In this document: positions 9,143 to 17,124 of the stretch, one piece after another
Position numbering within the stretch: the first letter of the stretch is position 1
How the letters are laid out: every line of letters begins with the position of its first letter
NCBI GenBank assembly: GCA_018061065.1
Contig: JAGOUV010000001.1
Coordinates: 12,217-52,216, forward strand
From: Candidatus Altimarinota bacterium
Lineage (GTDB): Bacteria > Patescibacteriota > Gracilibacteria > UBA1369 > UM-FILTER-53-11
Direction: 5' to 3'
DNA length: 40,000 nucleotides
Notes under the pieces: model-generated
Told to the model about the DNA's origin: nothing
Database searches by the model: none
The model's input: the letters and a program-made list of their open reading frames with translations, nothing else
Position numbers and translations under genes: made by a program

Positions 9143-9801
9143 AATGGAGCAATTACTAAAGTAAATTCGCCTTTCGGCTTTTTTTGAGTAAAGTGAGCTT
9201 TTGCCTCGGCAATAGTACCACGAAACACTTCTTCAAACTGTTTTGTTAATTCTCGGCAGACGGCAATGCGGCGCTCTCCGCCAAAATACGTCTCAAATTC
9301 AGCGAGCGTTTTTTCCATTCGATGCGGTGCTTCATAAATAACAATCGAATACTCGGATGTTGCGAGTGACGTAAGTAGTGTTTTGCGTCCCTTTTTAATA
9401 GGTAAAAATCCTAAATATAAAAAGTGATGTGACGGTAGTCCCGAAGCCACAATTGCCGTAGTGACCGCGCTTGCTCCGGGCAGAGAAGTAAGTTCCAGCC
9501 CTGCGTTCAGAACCGCTTGAATAAGCCTATATCCGGGGTCTGAAATGCCGGGCGTTCCCGCGTCAGAAATAAGTGCGATATTTTTTCCTTCTCGCAAAAG
9601 TTGTATGTAGTTTTCTATCTCATGTTCGGTAGAGTAACTATGGAAGCTGCGTACCTGGTTTTTGATTTCGTACCGGTCGAGCAGTACGCGTGAGTGGCGC
9701 GTGTCTTCCGCCAAAATTAACTCTACTTCTTTTAATATGCGTACCCCGCGGTAGGTCATATCTTCTAGATTTCCAATTGGTGTAGGTACGATATACAGCA
9801 T
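9139..9801 (-). CDS. rsmI: 16S rRNA (cytidine1402-2'-O)-methyltransferase
   Basis: The N terminus MLYIVPTPIGNLEDMTYRGVRILKEVELILAEDTRHSRVLL is typical of RsmI and of the tetrapyrrole-methylase fold. Confidence 0.9.
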   Translation of the reverse strand: MLYIVPTPIGNLEDMTYRGVRILKEVELILAEDTRHSRVLLDRYEIKNQVRSFHSYSTEHEIENYIQLLREGKNIALISDAGTPGISDPGYRLIQAVLNAGLELTSLPGASAVTTAIVASGLPSHHFLYLGFLPIKKGRKTLLTSLATSEYSIVIYEAPHRMEKTLAEFETYFGGERRIAVCRELTKQFEEVFRGTIAEAKAHFTQKKPKGEFTLVIAPL

Positions 9802-9803
9802 AA

Positions 9804-9968
9804 TTAACGGCGATGACCGCGCTTAAATAACCCAGGACTGAGAAAGGGGATTGCGATAAGTACAAAAATCACTGCCTGCAAGATTGGAATGAGCAGTCCA
9901 ATGATTCCAATCATAAGAAGTATAAGACCTAAGCTCATCCGCAGTAGTAATTTCAAGTTTTGATTCAT
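9804..9968 (-). CDS. Small two-helix membrane protein (54 aa)
   Basis: An internal ATG at 9968 gives MNQNLKLLLRMSLGLILLMIGIIGLLIPILQAVIFVLIAIPFLSPGLFKRGHRR. The longer track ORF (to 10139) would overlap tsaB. The short form starts 4 nt after the tsaB stop. Confidence 0.45.
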   Translation of the reverse strand: MNQNLKLLLRMSLGLILLMIGIIGLLIPILQAVIFVLIAIPFLSPGLFKRGHRR

Positions 9969-9972
9969 GAAT

Positions 9973-10638
9973 TCAGGATTTCTTCGGCGTAATATTAGGC
10001 GGCCTCCAGTACCGAGGGAGGATAATACCATTTTTGGCTTTCCGCAGCAATTTTGCAGGGAGGTTGGCGCAGATTTCACTAAAGCTCGGTAGCTCAGTTT
10101 GATCAATCCATTCCCATGTGCGGGGTGCGGTCGTATCAAAGAGTTTCCGCTGAGAAGCGCTTATATTCCCCATCCACACGCTGCCCCATTCTTTTTTGTA
10201 TGTTTCGATGATTGTTTCAAGTGGTGCAGGTTCAGTATGTTCCAATCCATTCAGCTCAACGACATATACTCCACCGGCATTAATGAGTACGTGAGTGGGC
10301 ATATCGCACAATACAGCACGCTCCATCCATACGGCTTCCGTGCTCACGCCAAAGAGGGGAATCTTAAGCACATATCCCAATGTTACTGCGGTAGTAATAC
10401 CACAACGCACTGCAGAAAAAGAACCTGGTCCTTCACAGACAATGATTCGTTTCAGCGCTTTTAGACTTTTCTTTTTGCTCTTCAAAAGTGCCATCACTTC
10501 CTTCATGAGTCGCTCGGTTTCTCTGTTGGTGGCAGGCCACACGCGCTGTCCGATAACCTTTTTATTATCAACTAACCCCACAGAGGTCAGTTCATGCGCC
10601 GTATCTATAGTCAAAGTTAACACGCCCCCATTATACAT
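9973..10638 (-). CDS. tsaB: tRNA threonylcarbamoyladenosine (t6A) biosynthesis protein TsaB
   Basis: LTLTIDTAHE...GPGSFSAVRCGITTAVTLGYVLKIPLFGVST matches the YeaZ/TsaB pattern. Confidence 0.8.
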   Translation of the reverse strand: MYNGGVLTLTIDTAHELTSVGLVDNKKVIGQRVWPATNRETERLMKEVMALLKSKKKSLKALKRIIVCEGPGSFSAVRCGITTAVTLGYVLKIPLFGVSTEAVWMERAVLCDMPTHVLINAGGVYVVELNGLEHTEPAPLETIIETYKKEWGSVWMGNISASQRKLFDTTAPRTWEWIDQTELPSFSEICANLPAKLLRKAKNGIILPRYWRPPNITPKKS

Positions 10639-10653
10639 GTTGCGCTAAAGAAC

Positions 10654-10965
10654 CTAATTTCTTCGTTTCTTGCTGTCTTTTTGTAACTTCTTATCTTTTT
10701 TTTGAAGCAACATCTCGTGCTTTGTTTTCTGCAATCCTATCACTCCGCGTTGTAACCGATGAATCAACTCATCCACTTGTTCGTAACTATATTTGCTCCC
10801 ACGATTTATATAATGCACGAGCTCGAGACAAATCGACTTCAATGAAAATGCCCCGTTAGGTACCTGCTTGATCTGATTTCCCGGATTAAAATGCTTCGCG
10901 CTTTTTTGTTCGGCGCGGTTATCTTTTCTTTCCCCTTCGTTTGGTATTTGTTTCAGAGACATCAC
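10654..10965 (-). CDS. Hypothetical basic protein (103 aa)
   Basis: The ORF fills the gap in a co-oriented gene string and has a Lys/Arg-rich C terminus. I recognise no family. Confidence 0.4.
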   Translation of the reverse strand: MMSLKQIPNEGERKDNRAEQKSAKHFNPGNQIKQVPNGAFSLKSICLELVHYINRGSKYSYEQVDELIHRLQRGVIGLQKTKHEMLLQKKDKKLQKDSKKRRN

Positions 10966-10988
10966 TACATAATACCATTTTTAATCTG

Positions 10989-11540
10989 TTAATTCAATGG
11001 CAAGTACTCCAAAATCTCAGGAAATTCGGTATATCCCGCCTCCGCATTAAAATGCCCCGCATTTTCTTTAATTATAAGCCTTCCCCGCAGTTTTTGAGCC
11101 ACTAATTCGCCGTTCCCTACAGCTACAAAGGGGTCGTCTTTTGAGTGAAAAACGACGAATTCTTGAGCCGTAAGCTCAATGCGATCCCAGTCAAAAGGAT
11201 GACCCACAAATGGCTTGTCGCCTTCGTAATACTTGATTGGCAAGACTCCTGCCGTAGGCGCTACTTAGATAGCCATCTCAACTTGAACATGCAGCTTTTC
11301 CATCACGCGCAGCAGAAATGCTCCCCCAAGACTATGTCCAATAAGCACTGTTTCAGGAGTAATAAGGGGTAGATAGGGTTCCATAACCGCATGCCAATTT
11401 TCTGGGGTTTGGTGTTGTGGAGTGGGGAACTGAGGAATAACCACCTCTATGCCCCGCTCTTGGAGTATATTTTTAAGCCATGGAAACCAATTCTCTTGGG
11501 GACTCCCGCCCGTTCCATGAAAGATAATAACGCGTTTCAT
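10989..11540 (-). pseudogene. YdeN/RBBP9-type alpha/beta serine hydrolase interrupted by one in-frame TAA (11267-11265)
   Basis: Track ORFs 11265..11540 and 10989..11243 are in the same frame. The sequence reads ...HVQVEMAI*VAPTAGVLPIKYYEG... The nucleophile motif GHSLGG lies before the stop, and the acid (SKDDPFV) and His (AGHFN) motifs lie after it. The combined length of about 183 aa fits the family. Confidence 0.7.
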
Positions 11541-11627
11541 TTCCCGGCAATGGTAGCTACTTTGCTTCTTTTAAACAATATATGAACAGGCCCTAATAAA
11601 TCCGCAATAAATTTTCCGGCTTTTTTG

Positions 11628-11656
11628 TTGCACCACTTTTTTTCCTGTACTAGTAT
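11628..11656 (+). promoter_or_regulatory. Candidate sigma70-type promoter of trxA (TTGCAC-N17-TAGTAT)
   Basis: The -35 is at 11628-11633 and the -10 at 11651-11656. The -10 ends 9 nt before the ATG, implying a near-leaderless mRNA. Confidence 0.4.
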
Positions 11657-11665
11657 TGCTCCACT

Positions 11666-11983
11666 ATGGCTACACAATTTACCGATCAAAATTTCGCAGC
11701 ACAGACAGGAAAAGGACTCGCTATCGTGGATATGTACGCAGACTGGTGCGGTCCGTGCAAAATGATGGCTCCCGCTTTTGAAGAGCTCGCAAAAAACTAT
11801 GAAGGCAAAGTTACTATGGGCAAGCTCAATGTAGATGAGAACGGAGAGACACCTATGAAGTTCGGCGTCTCAGGAATTCCTACGCTCGTTTTCTTGAAAG
11901 ATGGGGTAGAAATCGGTCGCACAGTGGGCTTTCAGTCAAAAGACGCCCTCGATGGGAAGATCAAAGAGATTTTCGCCTTCTAG
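11666..11983 (+). CDS. trxA: Thioredoxin
   Basis: The WCGPCK active site is present in a 105-aa protein. Confidence 0.95.
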   Translation: MATQFTDQNFAAQTGKGLAIVDMYADWCGPCKMMAPAFEELAKNYEGKVTMGKLNVDENGETPMKFGVSGIPTLVFLKDGVEIGRTVGFQSKDALDGKIKEIFAF

Positions 11984-12411
11984 CTGTTAATTTTTCGCTG
12001 CCATTTTTTAGCCTCTCCTACAGCTACTTTGTCTGCCTCGGTATTTTCCTTGTGACCGGCGTGACCCTTTACCCACTTCCACGTAATTTTTTCAAATAGC
12101 TCGATAACGGAATCCATCTTTTCCCAGAGATCGAGATTTTTTTTGCGTTTCCAGCCTTGTAGTAAACTTTGAATTACCAAACTTGAGTCGCTGTATACCG
12201 TACACGTCTTAACCTCAGGCATATTTTTGTGCAACCAGAAAAGTGCCGCAATAACCGCAGACATCTCCATGCGATTATTAGTCGTCAGCGCCTCACCACC
12301 TTTTACAATATGTTTCTGGTCATCCCACTTTATAATCGCCCCAAATCCACCCGGGCCAGGATTGCCCAATGAACTCCCATCAGTAAAAATTTCTACGTGC
12401 ATGTGCCGCAT
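11980..12411 (-). CDS. rnhA: Ribonuclease HI
   Basis: The DEDD catalytic pattern is present (FTDGSSLGNPGPGG, NNRMEM, YSDSS, KGHAGHKENTEADK) in a 143-aa protein. Confidence 0.92.
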   Translation of the reverse strand: MRHMHVEIFTDGSSLGNPGPGGFGAIIKWDDQKHIVKGGEALTTNNRMEMSAVIAALFWLHKNMPEVKTCTVYSDSSLVIQSLLQGWKRKKNLDLWEKMDSVIELFEKITWKWVKGHAGHKENTEADKVAVGEAKKWQRKINS

Positions 12412-13370
12412 TATACAGCTCTGCGCAGCTTTGCGATAACCGGATGTAGAACCGCAGCGGGATCAAGAATAACTGCCACTTCAGCAAACTCTTTTGCCGC
12501 ATCACTGCATCTGGGATAACGATGTTCGGGTCCTTTTTTTAAACACTTAAAAATTACATCAGTTAAATCCGCGCTGGTTGTACGTGGTAACCGACGTGTG
12601 GATTGATCCGGAAAAACAGTTTCGTGTCGGTCAAATCTTGCAAAAGGTAAATTTGAACTTTGAGAATGCATGTATCTTCGTGTGAGCAAGGTATGTATCA
12701 CTACACCTGCCGCATACTCGTCAGCTTCAGGCCTCATCGGTTTGCCACCGGCGCGTTCAGGAGCCTTATATTCGAAGGTATAAACTGAATTTCCATCATT
12801 ACCAGTTGGAGCAGTCGAGTCAAAATCAATGATGCGTACGGCATCAAGATCGGGGCTCACCAGTACATTATCTGGCTTGATGTCCCCGTGAATGAGATTT
12901 GCTTCACTATGCATGCGATCAGCTTCATCGCATATCAGCGCACCAACCATGGCTGCTTTGGCGTCACTTACACACCGCCTTCTTTCAAATCCCTCGTATA
13001 GGAGTGAGTGATACGGTATGTGTTCCAGAAACATTCCGTTACCGCTTGTGATTGTGCGCCGTCCATTTGGTGTATCTATACGAGTGGTTTTAGTTTGCTC
13101 CCCATATAGTTTTGGTCCGATGCCAATCTTATTAAGTCTTCTCAAACGTTTCATCTCGGCAGCAGCTCCGCCGCGCGTGCTCCCTTTGTAGATAACGCTC
13201 TTGTCTTCGTTAGGTATAGTAATTCCCATACCTTCGATAACCTCACGAACAGCATCATCAAGCCGTAATACAATGACATGGTTTCGTGGGCCATCATGAA
13301 GAATCGCTTGGAATGGCCTCACGTTTAGATTAACTACTTCCTGTTCTGGTGCCTGATTAAAACTGTGCAT
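12411..13370 (-). CDS. Atypical protein-kinase-fold protein (Ser/Thr kinase-like)
   Basis: It has a catalytic loop HGDIKPDNVLV, a metal-binding IIDFDS and YKAPE. I see no canonical GxGxxG loop. The protein has no TM segment or signal peptide. Confidence 0.65.
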   Translation of the reverse strand: MHSFNQAPEQEVVNLNVRPFQAILHDGPRNHVIVLRLDDAVREVIEGMGITIPNEDKSVIYKGSTRGGAAAEMKRLRRLNKIGIGPKLYGEQTKTTRIDTPNGRRTITSGNGMFLEHIPYHSLLYEGFERRRCVSDAKAAMVGALICDEADRMHSEANLIHGDIKPDNVLVSPDLDAVRIIDFDSTAPTGNDGNSVYTFEYKAPERAGGKPMRPEADEYAAGVVIHTLLTRRYMHSQSSNLPFARFDRHETVFPDQSTRRLPRTTSADLTDVIFKCLKKGPEHRYPRCSDAAKEFAEVAVILDPAAVLHPVIAKLRRAV

Positions 13371-13521
13371 AATAAATAGAAGGCTGTATTTTGCAATATA
13401 ATTACGTTTTAGTCAAGCATTTACGGGGTTCAAACGATCAACACATTATATCAATTTTTGTCATCTAATGCAATCGAAATTTCGCTGGTAGAAGCACAAT
13501 AAAACCTGTTAAATAGATGAC

Positions 13522-14391
13522 GTGCAAGCAATAGGCGCCTTTCTGGCGGGAATTATCAACGGCATAGCTCATTTTGCCACTACGATTTGGCAGAATCTTG
13601 ATCTGACTCAATACAGTTTGTTTCAGATTATATTGGATGTGCTTTTAGTGGCGGTACTTTTCTACTGGCTCATTATGATTATTCGCGGTACGCGAGCCAC
13701 GAATATTGTTCTAGGATTTGTTGTTATCGTGATTGTCTTTGCCATCAGCCGTTGGTTTAACTTGGTAGCGCTCGGTTGGCTTTTGGATCGTCTGTTGACG
13801 GTTATCCTTGTCGCAATTCCAATTATTTTTCAACAGGAGATTCGCCGTGGACTGGAAAAACTGGGTAAGACAAAATTTTTTCTTGCACAGGAAGCAAAGG
13901 AAATCGATATTACTATTAGTGAATTAATTGAGACGTGTTTTGAGATGGGTCAGAAGAAAATTGGTGCGCTTATTGTGTTTAAAGGCGAGGTAAGTCTTAA
14001 AGAATACTTGGATACGGGAGTCGCCCTGCATGCGCATGTTTCTCGTGAATTATTATTATCGCTTTTTTCCAAGTCCAGTCCGCTTCATGATGGGGCTATT
14101 ATTATTGAAGAAAACGAGATTGTGGCTGCGGGATGTGTATTGCCTCACTCATTTAAAGAATATGGTCATCGTTTTGGTACGCGACATAAGGCAGCACTTG
14201 GATTATCTGAGAGCACCGATGCGCAAATTTTTGTCGTCTCAGAAGAGCGTGGAGTTGTATCCTATGTAAACAATGGGAATATAGAAGAATCAATTTCTCC
14301 TGAACGCATGCAGCAGTTGTTGCTTTCTATCATGGCTCCTCGTCGCGTCCATAAATCGCAACGGAAAGCACATAATCGCACCTCACGTTAA
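13522..14391 (+). CDS. cdaA: Diadenylate cyclase CdaA (DisA_N domain, membrane-anchored)
   Basis: Three N-terminal TM helices are followed by GALIVF...PLHDGAIII...GTRHKAALGLSESTDA. The start codon is GTG. Confidence 0.92.
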   Translation: MQAIGAFLAGIINGIAHFATTIWQNLDLTQYSLFQIILDVLLVAVLFYWLIMIIRGTRATNIVLGFVVIVIVFAISRWFNLVALGWLLDRLLTVILVAIPIIFQQEIRRGLEKLGKTKFFLAQEAKEIDITISELIETCFEMGQKKIGALIVFKGEVSLKEYLDTGVALHAHVSRELLLSLFSKSSPLHDGAIIIEENEIVAAGCVLPHSFKEYGHRFGTRHKAALGLSESTDAQIFVVSEERGVVSYVNNGNIEESISPERMQQLLLSIMAPRRVHKSQRKAHNRTSR

Positions 14392-14394
14392 TCT

Positions 14395-15339
14395 ATGTTT
14401 CATAACCTTCCCATAAAAATTGTTTCGGTTGTCCTCGCTATTATATTTTGGCTTTTTGTGGTGAGTCTTGAAAATGTATATGTACGTTTACCTGCCCAAA
14501 TCCCGGTAACAGCTTTCAATAAAGGTGAAGAAGTTGCACTCACCACACCGCTTCCTTCTATCTCGCTTGGCATTAGAACAGATGATCCGCTGCTTGAACG
14601 ATCACTGACGGAGACAGATTTTGAGGCCTATATTGATTTAAGTAATGTGGGAGTGGGAGAACACACGCTGCCTATATCAGTGACAGCTCGTAATTCACAT
14701 GTCAGTGTTGTGCGTATTGAACCTGCAGAGGTAACCATCACTCTAGAGCCCATAAAACAGAAATTTATAACCCTTACGGCAAAAACAACGGGTGCACCTG
14801 CGCGTGGGTATATGATAAAAGGCGTTGATATAGAGCCCCAATCCATTACGGTGAGCGGCGGTGATTCTATTTTACGGCGCATTACACGCGGGGAGGTAAT
14901 GGTTGCCGTAGCTGCGGATGTAGAAAATACGTTTAGTCTTTTGGATGCGCCAGTGAACTTCTACGATGAAAGTGGGGCGAAAGTAGAGGGAGTTTCCCTT
15001 GATAATACAAAAATATCGGCTACCGTGCGTATAGAAAAAACTATAAGTACTAAAGAAGTCGGTGTTCATCCGGTGCTGAAAGGTTCGCTCGTAAATGCTA
15101 CGGTAAAAAGTGTAAGCGTTGATCCGGTTCTGATGAGTGTTGAGGGTGATGAAGAAATTTTGAAGGCACTCGAAACGGTTGATACGGCTGCGATTGATCT
15201 AAGTACCATACGTACTGACGGTGATTTTAAGAGTGTGGTAAGAAAAGTAGCGCTTCAATTGCCCGCTGGTGTCACTCTTTCTTCACGCACGAATTTTATG
15301 GTGAGTGTGACGATAACATTTCAGCCTACAACACCATGA
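14395..15339 (+). CDS. cdaR: CdaA regulatory protein CdaR (YbbR-domain protein)
   Basis: An N-terminal TM helix is followed by repeated beta-rich YbbR-like modules. The gene starts 3 nt after cdaA, which is the canonical pairing. Confidence 0.75.
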   Translation: MFHNLPIKIVSVVLAIIFWLFVVSLENVYVRLPAQIPVTAFNKGEEVALTTPLPSISLGIRTDDPLLERSLTETDFEAYIDLSNVGVGEHTLPISVTARNSHVSVVRIEPAEVTITLEPIKQKFITLTAKTTGAPARGYMIKGVDIEPQSITVSGGDSILRRITRGEVMVAVAADVENTFSLLDAPVNFYDESGAKVEGVSLDNTKISATVRIEKTISTKEVGVHPVLKGSLVNATVKSVSVDPVLMSVEGDEEILKALETVDTAAIDLSTIRTDGDFKSVVRKVALQLPAGVTLSSRTNFMVSVTITFQPTTP

Positions 15340-16001
15340 GGATCTGTATTCCGCTGCGGCCAAAGTCGTTTATCCATGCGCTCAAGCTACTTGATCATGC
15401 GCAAAAAAAAGCCGATATTGTTGAGTTGTGGATAGATACTCTCAGCGATAAAGAAGTCGCTGTACTTATTGCAAAAGCTAAAAGACCCGTGCTTGTGGTG
15501 TGCAAAGGAAAACGGGAAAAAGGAGATTTTAAGGGAAGTGAACTTCAGCGTGTAGAAAAACTTATAGCTGCGGTAATGGCAGGAGCGCGGTATGTGGACG
15601 TAGGGTTGCATACGGCGGATGCCCTTATTAAAAAAATAAAAAAAGTTTGCGAAAAAAGAGGTGCTGAGTTGGTAATTTCTCATCATGATTGGAAACGAAC
15701 GCCCTCATTGGACGTACTATTAAAAATTGCGCAACAGTCAGGTAAAAAAGGCGCAGATATTATTAAAATTGCTGCGTACTGCACTGCCTGGTCGGATACG
15801 GTGGTCTTGTATGAATTAGTAAAAAGACTACGCGAGAAAAAATATAATGTGGTGGTGGTGGGCATGGGGCAAAAGAGTTTTTTTGCTCGTTTAGGATGTG
15901 CGGTACTTGGAGGGGAGTGGACCTATGCAGCGCTTGATAAGAAGTCAGCAACTGCGAGCGGACAACCCACGGTAGAAGAAATGAGAGATGTGCAGGGATA
16001 A
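15336..16001 (+). CDS. aroD: Type I 3-dehydroquinate dehydratase
   Basis: The motifs DIVELWIDTL, YVDVGL, ISHHDWKRTP, GADIIKIAAY (Schiff-base Lys context) and VGMGQKSFFARL are present. The start overlaps cdaR in an ATGA. Confidence 0.8.
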   Translation: MRICIPLRPKSFIHALKLLDHAQKKADIVELWIDTLSDKEVAVLIAKAKRPVLVVCKGKREKGDFKGSELQRVEKLIAAVMAGARYVDVGLHTADALIKKIKKVCEKRGAELVISHHDWKRTPSLDVLLKIAQQSGKKGADIIKIAAYCTAWSDTVVLYELVKRLREKKYNVVVVGMGQKSFFARLGCAVLGGEWTYAALDKKSATASGQPTVEEMRDVQG

Positions 16002-16024
16002 AACAGTGGTATACTACGCGCACT

Positions 16025-17119
16025 ATGGCTTTACAGATTGGTATCGTAGGACTTCCCAATGTGGGAAAATCAACCTTATTTAATGCGCTGACGCGGACGC
16101 AAAAGGCACAGGCGGCTAACTATCCGTTTTGTACGATTGATCCGAATGTCGGTGTGGTAGAAGTGCCTGATGAACGTTTAAAAAAGCTCATTGAGATCGT
16201 GAAGCCACAGCGTGTGTTGCCAGCGATGGTGGAGTTTGTCGATATTGCGGGATTGGTGAAAGGTGCAAGCACGGGTGAGGGATTGGGTAATAAATTTTTG
16301 GCAAATATCAGAGAGTGTAATGCAATTGCACAGGTGGTGCGCGTCTTCCGTGATCCGAATGTAATTCATGTTCATGAGAATGTGGATGCGAAGCGTGATA
16401 TTGAAATTGTTCAGTCTGAGCTCATTTTGGCTGATCTGGACACCGTAACGAAGCGGTTGGGAACTGCACAAAGCACAGCTAAGACAGGCAATCCAAAGGC
16501 AGTGGCGTATGCGGAAATTATCGAAAAATTAAAGAGACATTTAGAGGAGGGGAAATTGGCATTTGTTTTTGCTCAGGATGAGGCGCAGCGTGAGGCAATT
16601 GTAGATCTGCATTTATTGACCAATAAGCCTATTTTATATATCGCAAACGTAGATGAGGCAGATTTAAAAATAATTGATAAGGAAGCGTTGAAGAAAGAGT
16701 TGGGACTCGCGGACGGTACTGAAATTATTCCGATTTCCGCAAAAATTGAGGAGGAGCTTTCACAAATGGGTGAGGAAGATGCAAATGTATTTCTGGAAGA
16801 TTTAGGTTTGAAGGAGCCAGGTCTTTATGCGCTTATTCATGCGGCATATCGGACATTGGGATACATGACATATTTCACTGCGGGAGTGCAAGAAGTGCGT
16901 GCATGGACGATCATGCGTGGAGATACCGCGCCTCAGGCAGCGGGAGTTATTCACACTGATTTTGAAAAAGGATTTATTGCTGCAGAGGTGGTGGGTTATG
17001 AAGATTTTGTAGCCTGTGGTGGTGAGGCAGGTGCAAAAGAAAAAGGAAAACTGCGCATTGAAGGTCGCGATTATGTGATGAAAGATGGTGACGTGGTGCA
17101 TTTTAGATTTAATGTGTAG
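16025..17119 (+). CDS. ychF: Ribosome-binding ATPase YchF
   Basis: GIVGLPNVGKSTLFNALT and a C-terminal TGS-like domain (VMKDGDVVHFRFNV) are present in a 364-aa protein. Confidence 0.95.
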   Translation: MALQIGIVGLPNVGKSTLFNALTRTQKAQAANYPFCTIDPNVGVVEVPDERLKKLIEIVKPQRVLPAMVEFVDIAGLVKGASTGEGLGNKFLANIRECNAIAQVVRVFRDPNVIHVHENVDAKRDIEIVQSELILADLDTVTKRLGTAQSTAKTGNPKAVAYAEIIEKLKRHLEEGKLAFVFAQDEAQREAIVDLHLLTNKPILYIANVDEADLKIIDKEALKKELGLADGTEIIPISAKIEEELSQMGEEDANVFLEDLGLKEPGLYALIHAAYRTLGYMTYFTAGVQEVRAWTIMRGDTAPQAAGVIHTDFEKGFIAAEVVGYEDFVACGGEAGAKEKGKLRIEGRDYVMKDGDVVHFRFNV

Positions 17120-17124
17120 TTGTT

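Noticed and set aside
9804-10139. The 111-aa version of the small membrane protein ORF.
   Set aside because: Its first 57 codons overlap the 3' end of tsaB in another frame. The internal ATG at 9968, 4 nt after the tsaB stop, gives a coherent 54-aa two-helix protein.
10099-10648. Two + strand ORFs (121 and 117 aa) opposite tsaB. ORF 37336..37761 opposite ftsA and ORF 107..358 opposite sufD are similar cases.
   Set aside because: The opposite strand encodes well-supported conserved proteins in each case, and the antisense products have no recognisable features.
13371-13521. A c-di-AMP (ydaO-type) riboswitch upstream of cdaA, suggested by an ACGGGG string.
   Set aside because: The region is only 151 nt and is shared with a divergent promoter. 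It lacks the paired conserved blocks and pseudo-twofold helices of that riboswitch class, and cdaA appears to be leaderless.
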